NCBI GenBank assembly: GCA_951406725.2
Contig: OX597823.1
Coordinates: 26,040,001-26,104,000, forward strand
Direction of reading: 5' to 3'
Origin: Octopus vulgaris
Lineage: Eukaryota
Length of the DNA stretch: 64,000 nt
Position numbers and translations under genes: made by a program
Shown here: piece by piece, positions 11,507-26,500 of the stretch
Position numbering within the stretch: the stretch's first letter is position 1
Layout: the number at the start of each line of letters is the position of its first letter
The notes under the pieces: model-generated
Told to the model about the DNA's origin: nothing
Databases searched by the model: none
The model's input: only the letters and a program-made list of their open reading frames with translations

Positions 11507-14289
11507 TTAAAAAATCTAAAGGAAAGACACATAGGATAATTTATAAAAAATCCTGATTTACAAAAAAAAACGTAATGTCCTTGATCTGTTTAGTCAGGGT
11601 TGATCAGGATCAAGCAACAACAACATTAATAATAAAGGCTTTTATTATATGCCCCTGTTATACATGAGACAACCAACACAGTAAAAAACATGCTTATATT
11701 GTGTAGGTTGTTGTTGTATAGCCACAGGTCAACCATTATGGAGCAAACCTATAATCAAACTCACTCCAGTCATGACCACCCAATCTTTTTATTATGGTTA
11801 TCTAAAACAAAAATGTCTTTTCTATACATAACAGAGCATGATTTGTTGGCGATTTGGTTGTTATTTTCAGCAGTTTTAGTAACCTACTGGTGCTGTGATA
11901 AACCCAAGAGGAGGGTACTTTATCATAAAGTGATCTGGGGCAGTTGACTTGTCACAAACCACAGAGGTGGTATAATAAGACGGAAACATGTCAAGAGTTG
12001 TCAATGTACAACACAGTTTCCATTGCATTCCCTATTTAATTACTTTTAACTAAAATTTTAGAGTTTTAAACCCTTTTAAACCAGAATTAGTCATTTAGAA
12101 AATAGCTATCATTAATGAAGCAATAATTTTAATTTATAAAAAATTTCTTGATTTACTAAATCAAGTATGTTAGTGCCCCCTCACCTTACTATTAAGTGTG
12201 TATGCAGCAGGTACCTCTGGATATTCCCCACTCCCACCCGTCATTCTCTTCATTTATAACACCACTATGTGTTCATTCACAGAAGTCCTATATATTTCTC
12301 TGGTCAGTTAAGATCTGGCCAAGTTTAACTGAGAAAGTCCAGTAAGACTTAAACATGTCTGGAGTAGTCACCCTATCACTAAAAAAAAAAGAAGCTTTTT
12401 TAAAAAACAAAATAAAATAAAACAAAAATCACACTTGCACATTACTACATTCCAGATTATATTCTTAAAATTTCGGGATTGTTTAACCAGGATTAACCTT
12501 TTAGAAAATTATTGTTCATATCATTAAGGATGTGATTTTAATTTAAATTTCTTGGTTTACTATGTCAAATATTAATGTTATTTAAATAGCTGATGTGAGT
12601 GAGGGAAGAGGCATTGATAAAGGTGGTTAACAAGAGCTGACCTGACAATTCACAAATACTAATAATCAGGTGATTAGATGTCACATTAGGTAAAAGTATT
12701 TCTTCTATTGAAATCAGCAGTTATGTAACGTGAAAAGGGGTTAGACTTAAGTCACATGACTGTTTGTGTGTACTAGAAATGACACACATGAATCAGCAAC
12801 AATTATAATTACAGGAGTGTTTGGTTGGATAGCCAGTTCTATTTGTGGACCAGTTTCTAGTTAGGATCACTTTTAAAACCAGCTTAACAAATGAAAAAAA
12901 TATGAATTCATTTCTGTACTCATTTCCTATTAGCATACTGCTGAACCCAGAGCACTTTTAAGAGCCAGCACTAAGCATTGGTCTTGCAGCATTTGTCTTG
13001 GTCAATAAGGAACAAGTCTGTCTTCATTTCTTTCAATCTCATCCATCATACAACTTCTTTTGCCATTAGCTACCAGACAAAGAAAAACGTGTCTTAATGG
13101 TTCAATAAAGGGAACCTTTACACACTTGTTCAACCGATTAAAAATAGCAACGAGATTGGTGCTGGGCAGCCATCTTCTTTTTTGGGGAGTAGGAGGAGGG
13201 TTTTATTAATTGCTATTTTGTTAAATTTTTGCTATTCCTTTTTATACACTTTACATAACATCCCCACCCAACTATGTTGTAGGCTGTCTTTTTTGCATTG
13301 TCCTCCTTACCTTATTATTTGAAGGACATGAAAATGGACTACTCAGTTGCATCCTTTTACAGTATTGTGCATGAGTGTTTTTCATCACTTTGGAATCAAA
13401 AACTAAATACTTGTCATGTACTGAGGGTAATTCAGTCCTTTACACAGTCCCATTACAAATGTTTCCTGTGTTAAAATTGTATTATCTTAATTATGGCAAA
13501 AATGGCAGGAGCACCGAACAAAATGCTTGGTAGGGCTTAGTTTTGTCCCATTGCATTGAATTCAAATGCCTGTCAATCTTTTCTTTCAGTTTTCGAGGGT
13601 CAATAAAAAGTTATGTATTCTCCCAATTCAAGGCCCATGGGGTTCACATAAGAGTTTGTTAAAATTTATCTGCAATAAAATTGGTTATTCTTCTACAAAA
13701 CACAAAATATTAAAAAAATTTTATACATTTCTTAATGATATTTAATTATAAAAATATAATAGGATTTTTTAAACAGCAAATGGCAAAGAGGGTCCATCCG
13801 AGTAAAAGAGAAATCAAAGGGGTCCATAGGTAAGAAAAAGAAGGTTGAGAACCACTGTTCTAAATGAAATATAGGAAACATTCCCAAGAGGTATGTAGGA
13901 TTAAGTGTACAGTCCAGATAATAGAAGTTCGACTTATAATATGTATATTGGTAGTTTAATATTGTATCTACCCAGCCATTTTGCTTCTGCTACTGTATAA
14001 AATGTGACATACACAATACACAACACAGTTTTAATTTAAATTTGTGTTAAGAAATGTTTGCAATAGAGAGACAGATTAATTATGTTCATTGATTGCTACA
14101 AACAGAAATACTGGACAATTGAATGGAGGTTTGGTGGAAATTAACAAATGTCCAAAAACTCAGTCTTCAGCATTGCAACTATGTTAACAATAACAATTCC
14201 TAACCATGGTAAAGGCCATGCATTTTGAGGGAGGGGGCTACTTGTTTAATTCAACCTAAGTGCTTAGCTATTGTGTATTTTATTGTGTT

Positions 14290-15540
14290 CAGCCAGGATG
14301 CATACTGCTGGACAGTTTCATCTGCCAATATTTCTGTAAAGCTTGTTCCAAACAAGTGGCGCATGCTTTTAACAGGACCCTCAACACAGAAGCAACAATT
14401 TGCATTAACTCGTCTCACAAAGTATTGAGCTAGCCTACTGATTTGTCCCAGATTATGCATACTCCCATAACCTCCTGGTAACCGGTTATTAGATGCTGAC
14501 CACTTCAATTTCAGAACTACTTGATGCTACGATAATGATGTCATCCACATATGCAGACATGGCTCTCCTGTGTTGCAGTCTTAGCAGAATGTCCCTCACT
14601 GTCTCCAAACTCTGAGAAAGCTTTCCACACTTTGAGAAGTAATAATTAAACTTGATCATTGAACAGATACCATCATATATTGTAGTGATCCAGTCTCTGA
14701 AGGCAAGACCAAAACTGTCTAGTTTTAAGATAGCCATCAAGTAGCATTACTGGATCCTGTTGTAAGCTTTAGATTGAGCCAAATTGGTCAGTGATCCATA
14801 AAAGCCAGATGTATTCCTAACTTACTCTTTGATGTATCACATGAGGGAGATGGTCATGGATCATTTTGTCAGGGATTGCACAACTGTGTGCATCTCTGAC
14901 TATACTAACAAGTGCCAACCCCTTTAGGAGTTCCTCTGCCATATTTTTAACTGTTTAGAAAAGTTATCAGATTGAATTTGTTTCTTGGTCTACTGATAAT
15001 TGCAGTAGACAGTTGCTAATACAGTAACAAAAATGTCTTGCATATAGCAATAAAGCTCATAAGTCCTCTTGGTAACTGGCCTCTTGCACTATCGGTTCAA
15101 TGTTTCTGCCACTTTTGCTGAAATCAGTTTTTTGTAACATCTTCAGCAATGAGTTGGGGGCAGCCTGTTAAAATAGGTATCAACATTCACCATCTCCAGT
15201 CCATCATGCTTTATGAAGAATTTGGCAAGGTAATAATGGAAAACTACACACTCATCTGTTTCAAATCAAATAGCACATGTCCACTGCATCTATCAGATTT
15301 CAAAACATGGCTTTGATGCCATGTTGCACCTCAGCCACTCAGGCTCATGAAATAGATTTTGTGCCCTTGTGCTTCTGCACACATGTCCAAGCACAAATAA
15401 CACATGTTTTGTGTTCTGTGTCAAAGAAATGGCTGAAGGTTCAGCTCCCTAGAAGCAAGTCATTTGCTATGCATCTTCTTAATCATTTGATTATCCATGA
15501 GTCTCCTTGGTCTACACTATCTGCTATCACTACTTCTTAA
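14290..15540 (-). mobile_element. L1/Tx1-clade LINE reverse transcriptase remnant
   Basis: Minus-strand peptides HSCAIPDKMIHDHL, NLAQSKAYNRI, FGLAFRDWITTIY and SAYVDDIII correspond to RT motifs QxCAVPGRxIxDN, LDQxKAFDRV, FGxxFxxWI and YADD. Confidence 0.8.
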
Positions 15541-16984
15541 CCTACGTTTTATATGTGAGATTCTACTGTAATAATAATAATGGCTTCAAATTTTAGCACA
15601 AGGCCAACAAGTCCAGGGGAGGAAGTACATCAACCCCAGAGTTCAATTGGTACATATGTTGTTTACATCCCCACCCACTGCCAACCCCTTAATTAGTTTG
15701 CTAATCTGTGTGCTCTGAAATCTTTCTATACACGGAAGCATGTATTTTCCCCCCCTCCTCTCTATTAGGAAGTACAAGCACTTTCACATGCCTGTGCATG
15801 CACAACAAAAATGCTTAGCAGCATTTCGTCGGTCTTTATGTTGCAAGTTCAAATTCTGGAGTCAATAAGACAAGTCCCAGTTGAGTACTAATCAACTTTC
15901 CCCTCCTCCCAAAATTATTATAAATAGAAAGGATTATCAAGCTGGGATTTGGAACATAAATTGGGGAGAAATTTTGATGGGTTTTCACTTAAAGCATCAC
16001 TTTAAAACAGAAAGTCAGAATCATAGAACCAAGGCTGGTCCCAGACAGGTAGGTACTCTGCTCTTTATGTGTTTAACCAGATTGTATCTCATAAAGCTTA
16101 ACACCATAAAAATAATATCTCAGTATTGCTCTGTAAAAGTTCCTCAAAGCAAGGAGATAATTAAATTTCTTTTTTTTTACACTCTCGTGCCCACACATAT
16201 TTTTCAAAAGGTTTGCAGACAGCTGAGCCTTCACTGAGAAGATGGTAGAATGACAAATGTAGGTCAAAACGCAGAGTTAGATAAAATAGAGAAAACAAAT
16301 TTATTTATTGATTGTTGTTTTTCTAAACTACAAAATATTATCTCGAAGTGATGTGATAGAGTATGGAACTAGAACATGGTCAGCTATTTTAAATAATGAA
16401 ATATGACCTACAAGGTGAATTTAAAGGACAGATGTGACTTAACCATTTACTGACCATATACCTAATGATAGTACACTATGTATTCAACAGTGTGCCAAGC
16501 GAAATATAAAGCAATTATACACAATTTATTTACTAAACACATATGCTAACTGGGGCAGACATGACAATGTGATTGAGAAGTTTGTTTTGCAATCATGATG
16601 ATTCCAAATTTAATCCCAACACGTGCCACCTTCAGCAAGAGTTTCGATTTGACCAATACATCATGAATGAAATTTGTTAGATAGCACCTGTGTAGAATCT
16701 TGTAGTGTGTGTGTGTGTGTGTGTGTGTATCAGTATAGGGAGAGCAAAACCTGTATACTCAAACTGAAACACCAGGGTGATTCTGCCCGACAAACTTATC
16801 ACTCCTTTTTTCCAATACAAGCTCTGCATTTTGTATCTCACAAGATAAATTAAATATGCACCAAACGAAATACAAGTGTTGATATATTCAAAGGTGTTAT
16901 TTTAAGGTAGTGTCATAACATGGCCACAGTCCAGTGACAGAAGCCAGTAAAAGACAGACAATAGAATGCATGGAGATTTATTCC

Positions 16985-17335
16985 TAGGAGTGGCTGTGTG
17001 AGAAGTAGCTTGCTTATCAACCACATGGTTCCAGGTTCAGTCCTACTGAGTGGCACATAGGGCAAGTGCATTCTACTACAGCCTCGGGCCGACCAAAGCC
17101 TTGTGAGTAGATTTGGTAGACAGAAAATGAAAAAGCCCATCACATATGTGTGTGTGTTTGTCCCCCCACCATCGCTTGACAACCGATGCTAGTGTGTTTA
17201 TGTCTCTATAACTTAGCAGTTCGGCAAGAGACCGATAGAATAAGTATTAGGCTTACAAAGAATAAGTTCTGGGGTCGATTTGTTCGACCAAAGGTGGTGC
17301 TCCAGCATGGCCGCATGATACAGATAAAAGAGTAC
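16985..17335 (+). mobile_element. tRNA-derived SINE, full length
   Basis: Head ggagtggctgtgtgag...ggttcagtcc; body; 3' ggtggtgctccagcatggcc end. Confidence 0.85.
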
Positions 17336-17427
17336 TTGTATTATAAACACAATCACACCCTTTTACAAATCATATACCCTCCTATAGTAATAACTCTGAG
17401 TATATTATTAACAAACGTATACAGATG

Positions 17428-17458
<31 letters not shown>

Positions 17459-19360
17459 TTTTTAAAACCATCTGGAATTCAATGAACCATCAAGTCTCTC
17501 TTGCCCTTAGAAGAATACTTTATTCTACACTGTCTCATTTCACTCAAGTTGTCATGTACTACTAGCTCACCAGGAAACATTTGTGATTGACTGGAATCTT
17601 ATCCAAGTGAAGAGTCAGCTTTCATCTGCTTTAAGAGCTCCTCAACAAATTTGTTACCAGCTCATAGATTTTGAGTGCAAATTCAATGAAATTACAAGTT
17701 TTCCCAAAAGGCTATAATGGAAATCATTGTTGTTGAGTTCCAAGTCAGTTCTGAGTGAGCACGCTTCGGATTAAGGTATTACAGTTTTAATTTAGACTAA
17801 ATTATCCAGTATGTCCTCCATTGTTTAGACAGTGAGAGTAATTTGAGGAGATTTAGCTACTGTTTCTACTAGCTTGAGCAACTAGATAGGAGCCCCCTCG
17901 CTGCTTTACTCAAGCAGAATATTTGTTTTACACATACGAGAGGATACACATGTAAAAAGTTCAATTCACTGAGGTAGATGAACAACAAAGAAGTTAACAA
18001 TGAAAGATAAATTGGTTAATAGTGCCATGGATGGGAGATAGAAGTAAAATGTTCGGCTGAATGCCTAACAGTAGTTTCATTTCTGTTTTGAAGTTCAAAT
18101 CCTACCAACGATTGACTTTATTATTTCAGAGAGGGGAGAGAGCTGGAAAGAGGATAAAAATAGGAATTAGCTGCAGAAATATAGCCCCTTCAGTGTACTT
18201 AAAATGTTTGTAGTGCATAGAAGATTAAGAAGTTTAAAAGAGCAGAGGCTGCTTCAGTTACAAAACAAGAGATAGAGAGAGGACACAGCTTGATGAATAG
18301 GAAATAGTTTGATGGAAATCAATAGATTTCCTACTCAAGTAGGAATGGCTTCCTCTTTGTGTTTAACACCTCAAACACAAAACAAATCATTAGTTGTTCT
18401 TATCTGAAATTCGAAATGGTTTGTATTAAAGCAAATTAATATCTCTTACAAGAAAGATGAAACCTCAGGGAGTTTTTCACGCACGCGCACACACGTAATA
18501 ATTAAGTTACGACTACCAACCACAAAAGCAGTCATTTTGTAATTAAAGTGCTAGTTAAATGGAAAATTTGGATATTTCCGAAAAATTATTATTTTCACTA
18601 ATTTATTTAGGGATAACGTATAAGATTTACATCATTTGAGTGCAAAAGAAACTCACCCCACCCTTGTATGTTTGGGGTTACAATGGTTATGGACTGATGT
18701 ATTTCAGGAATAATTAAAACAATGACATCTTAAATTTTTGAGTTCGCGAATCGGATGAAAATTAATTTTCGTTTTATAGATTTTCTTTGCTAATTAATCA
18801 TCGATAAATATATATATTGATTACTTTAAACACCACCATCACCACTGCCACTACAATCGCAAATCGTACATCCACTCCGTCTCCAACAGATTTCTTCTCG
18901 TTTCGTTGACATACAATTTAGCGAACGAAATCTGACCTAAATCATACAATCATAACACACAGGAGGTTTTGGCCTTCATGCATCTCTAACAAATAAAAAT
19001 AAAAATACATTTTTTAAAAAAAAATTAATGATAAACAAAATATAAAAGGGAATGTATTTTAAATAGAATTTAGGGTAGGTTACAGTTTGAGGTTTCTAGA
19101 AGAAAGAAAAAAACAACGAATCAACTAGTGCACAGCAGATATGGCGTTATTTATTTTAGCTTGTGGGAAGTTCTCTCTCTCTTTCTCTCTCGAACACACA
19201 CACCAGAGTATGTGAAAAAGAGGGATAGAGAAACTGTTAATCCGTTAGTCAATTGATAATAAATGTATGACAATAACCAACTACCCGAGTCATTAACTAC
19301 AGCTTATTTCATTACATAAAAGAGAGACGTTGTAAACATCCCTATTAGGACAATAAAATT

Positions 19361-19404
<44 letters not shown>

Positions 19405-20023
19405 TATATTATATGAAACGAAAGTTACTGGATGGTTGTGTAGTCGTGATAGTAAATAGATGGAGGATAAGGTTAGAACTTCAGTTAATGAGGTACAGGA
19501 GAATAATGGATTTACTACACACATCACAAAGAAGAGGCAGTCGTTAGTTATAGACAGTCAGTTAGACATGGAATAGACAGATTGTGAGACGAGATCATAA
19601 TCACTTCCGAGCTTAGTCAGACATGTACAGAAATAATCCATTTAGTCGTTAATCTTCATAACACGAAATGTGTGTGTACACACACGGGTATGTTTGTATA
19701 TTTGTGTGTATGTGTACATGTGCATTTACATTTGTGTATAAGTATATATGTTTATGTACGTATAAAAATTATGTATACCTATGTACACAACATACTCAAA
19801 AGAAAACACTTTGTAGCGTTTATTTATAAAATAATTAAGGATTCAATCACATGTAGAATACGTTCAAATGTCTCCCTATATCCCTGCTATATTATATAGG
19901 AATGGAAAACGGTAGAGATGGACGGAAGCTTCATCCTCGAATATATAAATTCTACGACATATATTGAGTACGCTTCTAAAGTTTAACGACCGTGTGCGTG
20001 TGTGCGGAAGAAAAAGGGAAGGA

Positions 20024-20054
<31 letters not shown>

Positions 20055-21289
20055 AAAAAAGGGTGTGTGATGAAAAAGAGAGAGTGTGTGTGTGTGGTTG
20101 ACATCTATCATTGCTTCTGTAATGTTCTGAATTTAAATATTAATATTAAATATCATTAATTTCTTTGTTTGTAAATACTGATGTATTTTTATTATCAGAT
20201 ATTTTTAGATACTCCACACGATATAACACTACAAGTATTTTGTTGTTTTGTTTTTAGCCCTTGGTCAACCCAGGTTAAGCAAATCAATGAATATGATCAG
20301 TGCTATTCCTGTCTAGACCACACTCTATTTGTATATCTAGGAATGTTTTTCGCTGTGTTATTCATTTAAAAAAAAATGGATTGTATAATTTTAGCGAGAT
20401 TTGGCTGCTATTTGTAGCAGGTCGAGCAACCGATTAAGTATTTCTTCGTTGTCTTGAATTTTCATTTTTTTTTTTTTTTTGTCGAAGCAATGAATCCCTA
20501 CATTGGTGTCTTTATAGAAAATAAGGCCAAAATTTATTATTTGAGGTGTTTCCATTCCTCTACTGGTAACTTATAGCCTCATTTTGGAAGTGGATACAGG
20601 ATACATGTATTTTGATGGAGTTGGATATTTTTCATATTAATAAATACGTTTATAAGCATTTTTGCCTGTTGCTTATTTTATACATATATATAAATGTCGT
20701 TATAGACTGTTGCTGTATTCTTCTGACACACCACAGTTTTACTTTTTTTACCGCGCCTTTGTAGTCCTTGTGGCAAAGCAGAGATCATCCACAGAGTCAA
20801 CGTCACGAACAGAGAAAAAGCAACATCCATTTAACGCAAGAAGTCTGTTCAGCTTCCAACATCTAAAATTAGGGCGAACTTTCATGTCGAAAATGAAATT
20901 ATTTTCCCTTTACATCTTCGTGTGCGAGTATCTCAACACCGCCCCTTTAAATAATAACAACACCAGCACCAAATAAAAGAACTGTCAGCCCCCCCCCCCC
21001 CACCCGACCCTCATAACATCATAAGTGATAATGAGAGAGCCTTTGTATGGTCACTTGACTTGCTAGAAATAGTAGCCAAAATCGCCCTTAAATTAAACCC
21101 CACCGTCTTAAAAAAGAGAGAATAGATTGAATTATGCAGTTCGAGATTACTGGAGAGGTGGAGGGAATAAAACAAAGAACCGTTATGTCAGATGTCTGAT
21201 CATAGGTCTGCTCAATCACAGCTGACTTAGGGTTAAGCATCATGAAAAAGCTAATGAAACGATAATTATCAAAATAAACAAATATATAA

Positions 21290-21665
21290 ATAGTGGCTGT
21301 GTGGTAGGAAGTCTGCTTCCCAACCACATGGTTTCAGGTCTCACTGCATGGCACCATGGCTGTCTTCTATTTATAGCCCCAGGCTGACCAAGGCTTTGTG
21401 AATGAATTTGACAGACAAAAATCGACAGAAGCCTGTCGTGTGCGCGCACGCGAGTGTGTGTGTATTTATCTGTATTTGTCCACCACTACCACCTGACAAC
21501 CGGTGTTGGTTTGTTTTATGTAACTTAGCAGTTGGGCAAAAGAGACTGATCGAATAAGTATCAGGCATTAAAAAAAAAAAAGTAATGGGGTTGATTTGTT
21601 CGATTAAACCCTTTAAAACGATGCCTCAGCATGACCACAGTCAAGCGTCCGAAACAAGTAAGATT
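21290..21665 (+). mobile_element. tRNA-derived SINE, full length
   Basis: Same family as 16985-17335. Confidence 0.8.
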
Positions 21666-24399
21666 CAAGCAATAAGCAGCACCATTAGCAAATTGGATAG
21701 AATGATTCAAAGCATTTCTTTTGATTCACTGTGCTCAGATCCAATTGAGGAAAACTTTGCCTATCACCTTTTTGGAATATGAACCTAGGGTGATGGACTG
21801 GCACCACAAAAAGGGACACCAGAGAAGATACCTTGTAGCACTTGCTTGTGTTCTAAGTTGAAGCTCAGCCATAGTTTTAGAGTTGTAGATAGTTACCTGG
21901 TTTAACAAGACCACCTGGCAGCATGAGTGCCTTAGCAAAGTTGCAAGTGCACAGGCCAGGTCTTCCTTATCTCCCACCAGTCTCAGAGGCCTCATAAAAG
22001 CGTCATGAGCCATTACCTTACCCCATGACTAACAGTCAATATAAAAAAATGTTTAAATCTCTTACTATCCCAACCACATTTAGCAACTTGCTTGAAACCA
22101 TCCAGGTTCTATGATACAAATTTCATGTTTTTAATTGATCTAAATTTAAACCTTCACTCAAAATTTCATGTTAATTCAAGTTTCAAACACTAACTTAAGT
22201 CATTTTACTAAATTCTTCATTATTTTGATAATTGATTGAAACAGGGACAGTGTACTTCAATAGAAATATGGTACCAAAAGAGTTAACATTTGCAACTCCA
22301 GATATTGCATATTATATAAATTGTAACACACAACCATTCATTTCTACCACAGGCACAAAACCAGGTATTTTAGTGGGAGAAAGGACTTGATTGGTATTTT
22401 ATTTTATCAACCCTCAATGGTTTCTGATTTTGACATAAGGCCAATAATTTAGAGGGCAAGGGATTAGTCAAAACCACAGACCCCACAACTTGATAGGTAC
22501 ATTATTTTATTAACCCTGGTATCTCTTCTGATTCTTTATGTTCTGAGATCAAGTCCTGCTAAAGTCAATTTTGTCTTCCATCCTTTTGGCAGTCAATGAA
22601 ATAAAGTATCGATCAAGCATTGCCTTATTATTATTATTATGAAGCTTCTCATTTTAAATTATCTTATTGCCAGTTTTTATAAAATTAATTATAGTAAGTA
22701 ATGTTATATAGATATATTAAAATATTCAGCTTCTGTACATTTTTAGGCATTTCTTAAAGTAGTATTATAAGAATTCCTTTCATTACAACTGTCATTTATA
22801 AACATTAGCAGAACTCTGCTTCTGTGTTGTAAGCAGAAAGAAAGGCCATGTGTGTCAGACAAGATATGTGTAATGTATCCATCAAGATAGAGCACTTCTT
22901 TCCTTTTAGCTTTATATTTAGTCACCATCATCCTTTTAATGTCCACTTTTCCATGCTTGCATGGGTTTGATAGAATTTAAGGTAGATTTGTTAAGGCCAG
23001 ATACTCTTCCTGTCACCAAGCCATACCTGTTTCCAAGCAAGGTAATATTTCTCAATGGCTAGACATGTTTTCTCAGAATATTGGAAACAACCATTCATTT
23101 ACAACAATCACAAGTAAAAACACAAACACACACACACGACAGGCTGCTTTCAATTTCTGACTACCAAATCCACTCACAAGACTTTGGTGGGCTCAGGACT
23201 ATAGAAGACATTTTGCCCAAGGTGCCATGCAGTGGAACTGAACTAGTAATGTGGTTAGGGAGCAAGCTTCTTAACCACATAGCCATATCTGCACATACAT
23301 GTATGTATACATGCATGTAAACACACACAATTACACAAGTATACCTGTGTCACAAATATAAGTTTCATTAATTACAAAGAATGGTGGGTGCACCTTTCAA
23401 AATGACAGACAAAACCAATGATAAATTGTACTGAGTTTGTATTTAATAGCAAAAGGCTGAGACCAATAATTCATAAACGTGATTGTGCTATATAAGCACA
23501 TCACTTCTCCTGGTCCACCGAATGGCTGCCACTACTAGCAAACACATGTACCATTGACTTATTTTAATCAATCTTAACTATAAAAGGATAGTAAAAACAT
23601 AAATGGGATTATAAATAATTTCATTATCAAAAACTTGTTCTTGAAATACTTTCATAACTGGAATTTGTTGGGTTTTTTTTTAACACACACACACATATTG
23701 ATGAATTTATTTTTGAAATAACATGACAAACAAGCAATATCAGAAGTGCATGGCATTTCCAAAGGCATCAACTGTTGAGTTAAACTGTTGATAATGCATT
23801 TGATCAAACAATTAATGCTACAAAAACAACATTTTAACCCATATTTTCAGATTGTATTCAACTCCACAACTTTTATCCTTATTAGTTATTTTATAAATTT
23901 AATTTTGACATTTAATAACGAAAATATTTAAAGAATGGAAGTGTTCAATAATGAAATTATATTCTCAGTTATGTCTTTGATATTATCCTCTGAGTCTGAA
24001 GACAGTAAACTGATGGAACCAGTATTTGCTAGTAGTGCCAAACAATTTAATGATAATCATAAAAATGTAATTTAAAATGATAATATATTTCCAAAAATAA
24101 ATATTACCTTTGAATGATTTACATGTAATTATCATTATTCCAGAATTCCTTTCACTCACTCTTTCCTCCTGTTTGCCAGTGACAGAAGAGTGAGAAACAC
24201 CTCATCCTTCAACTCACTTTCATTTTACTAGTCATTCATTCTCTATTCATTGTTTGATACAGTATCCTCATCCCCCTCTCTCCCTCCCAATTTAATGAGA
24301 TAGCATATAAAAACATCACAGTCATTATTTTATATATGTACACCATGTGGCTTGGGTTTGCAAGCAAAGATTTATAGAGGAGACTGTCCATGTCTGTTA

Positions 24400-25430
24400 G
24401 AAGCTTGCTGATGCATAAAAAGTCTGATTCAAGACAAACAAGCACAACTGCAGAAACTGCATGGCTGATTAGGACTGGTTGTGGTGTCCTTGCTTTCTTT
24501 CTCTTTTTTCTTGTCTGCAAGAATAGTCCTGCAGGTGTCTTCAAAGGAGCTGTTGCCCAGTGGACAATGAGATGCCAGATTTCACAGTCAGCAGCAAGAA
24601 CAGACCTCTGGTGGTAATCTATGTAGTCAGCACCAAGCAATTTCTTTAGGGAGCCCTTGTACCGCTTCTTTAGTATGCCTTTATCAGTGACCAGAGCTGA
24701 GTTCACCATACAGTGTAATCTTGGGAAGTCAATGACTCCCCATCCTGGTAGTATGTCCTGTCCAACGTAGCAGAGTTGTTTCAATGCTAGTGACCTTCAC
24801 CTGCTCTTGGACCAAGACATTAGTGGCATAAAATGATGCCAGGGTAGTTGCAATGGAATCACTCAAGTTGAAGGTGGTGCTCATAGATGATCCATGACTC
24901 TGAGCCATAGAAGAGAGTGGTCAGAAAGACAGCTCTGTATATACTAATCTTAGTCCCCTTCTTCAAATGGTTATTGTTCAGACTCTTTTGTACAATCTGC
25001 CAAATGCGTTGGTTGCCTTGGCCAGTCTGTTATTAACCTCCTTGTCAATTTCAGCATCTGATAAGATAGTGCACCCTAGGTAGGTGAACTGCTTGGCTGT
25101 CTTTAGTCCAGTCTCCCTGATGGTGATGTGAGGGACATGGTATTCTTGCTGTTGTGCTGGTTGATGCAGGACTTCTGTTATCTTTAAACTGATTTCTAGG
25201 CCAAAATGCTGGGTAGCTTCTGCAAGTCAAGGAGAGGCATCTTGCAGAGCTGTGTCTAGATGGGTAACAAGAATAGCATCTGCAAAAGAGTAATTCATGG
25301 AGTTGCTCCAGTGTTTTCATGTGAACTTGCAGGCACCTCAGATTGAAAAGGCTGCCATCAGTATGCTACCAAGTGTAGATGCCATCTTCTTCATCAAGGT
25401 CTTCAGTGGCTAGCTGCAGCATCATACATA
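24400..25430 (-). mobile_element. RTE (BovB-like) LINE, RT C-terminal half, decayed
   Basis: Peptides ELLF(AD), KKRYKGSLKKLL...VLAADCEIWHLIV are typical of RTE ORF2; frameshifted. Confidence 0.8.
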
Positions 25431-26260
25431 TAGACGTATAGATTTTATGATCTATGGATCCTCTTCCATCAGTTTCAGCAGTGAGTATTCCAGTTGTTAG
25501 ATCACTTACATTACCTACTCATTCAATTAAGCACCTGAGCATTTCACACACTTGTACCTTTTGATGTAATTCTCAGACAAATAAGTATGATATAGCATAT
25601 GGTAAGGATACCCTTATAGTAAATTATAGGTGCAACCTATCCATTTGGCTTCCACATAGTTTCTAATACCCAATTTCATTCACAAGAGACAAAAAATAAA
25701 TCAACTCCACTTGTTTAAAAAAAAAAAAAAAATTCCATGTATGATTAGATGGATATCAGAGTATATCCACCTCAAGAATATAATAGCATTAGCAGAATTC
25801 AGAGCTTTGGAAAGGACAGGTGTAGTAATCAAGAGGTAAGAAAACAATGTCAAACAGTGAATTTTCATTTGACAAAATGAAGAAAACTATTACAGTATAC
25901 ATGTAAATACATAACATACTCCTATACAAAAGCACCACAGCTGTATGAAGAAAATTTAAATATGTTTTTACAAATCACGATCACCATTGATTCACATCCA
26001 TGTTTCACACAGGCATGCATTGGATAGTTTGACAGGGTCTCGTGGTTCCAAGTGGTCCCATGTCTGCTTTGGCATGATCTCTATGGCTGAATGCTCTTCC
26101 TAATGCCTTTCACTTCACAGCATATACAAGGTGCTTTTTCATGGCACCAACATTAGTAAGGTCACCATGCTACTTACAGGACTATGAATCCGAAGGTGGG
26201 TGGCTTTATGCTAGGAGATGAGGGGTAAAAGTCTGTGTTAGGCGATGTTCTCTTTCTTTC

Positions 26261-26279
<19 letters not shown>

Positions 26280-26291
<12 letters not shown>

Positions 26292-26500
26292 TTAGTGGAG
26301 TATTCTGTGTAGTGTTAGGTGGGGATTCTCTCTACTATTTAGTGGAGTTTTGTGTCTCTAGCATTCGCGGGGTGTATTCTGTGTAGCTTTCAGGATCTGA
26401 TGGGTATTCTCTAAAGTGTTTAGTCGGGTATTGTCTGTGTTAGGCTGGTAATGTTCTCTCTGTAGTGTTTAGTCGGGTATTGTCTGTTTTAGGCTGTTTT
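26280..26500. repeat. Degenerate minisatellite
   Basis: Repeated tagtgtttagt(c/g)gg(g/a)tatt(g/c)tctgtg-like units. Confidence 0.6.

Noticed and set aside
14075-14180. Minus-strand AED*..LDIC* resemblance to STAM exon 2
   Set aside because: Needs frameshifts, contains stops and lacks splice sites; likely coincidence.
25748-25835. Plus-strand candidate exon ending AAGAG|GTAAG
   Set aside because: No polypyrimidine tract, no recognisable peptide, no partner exons.
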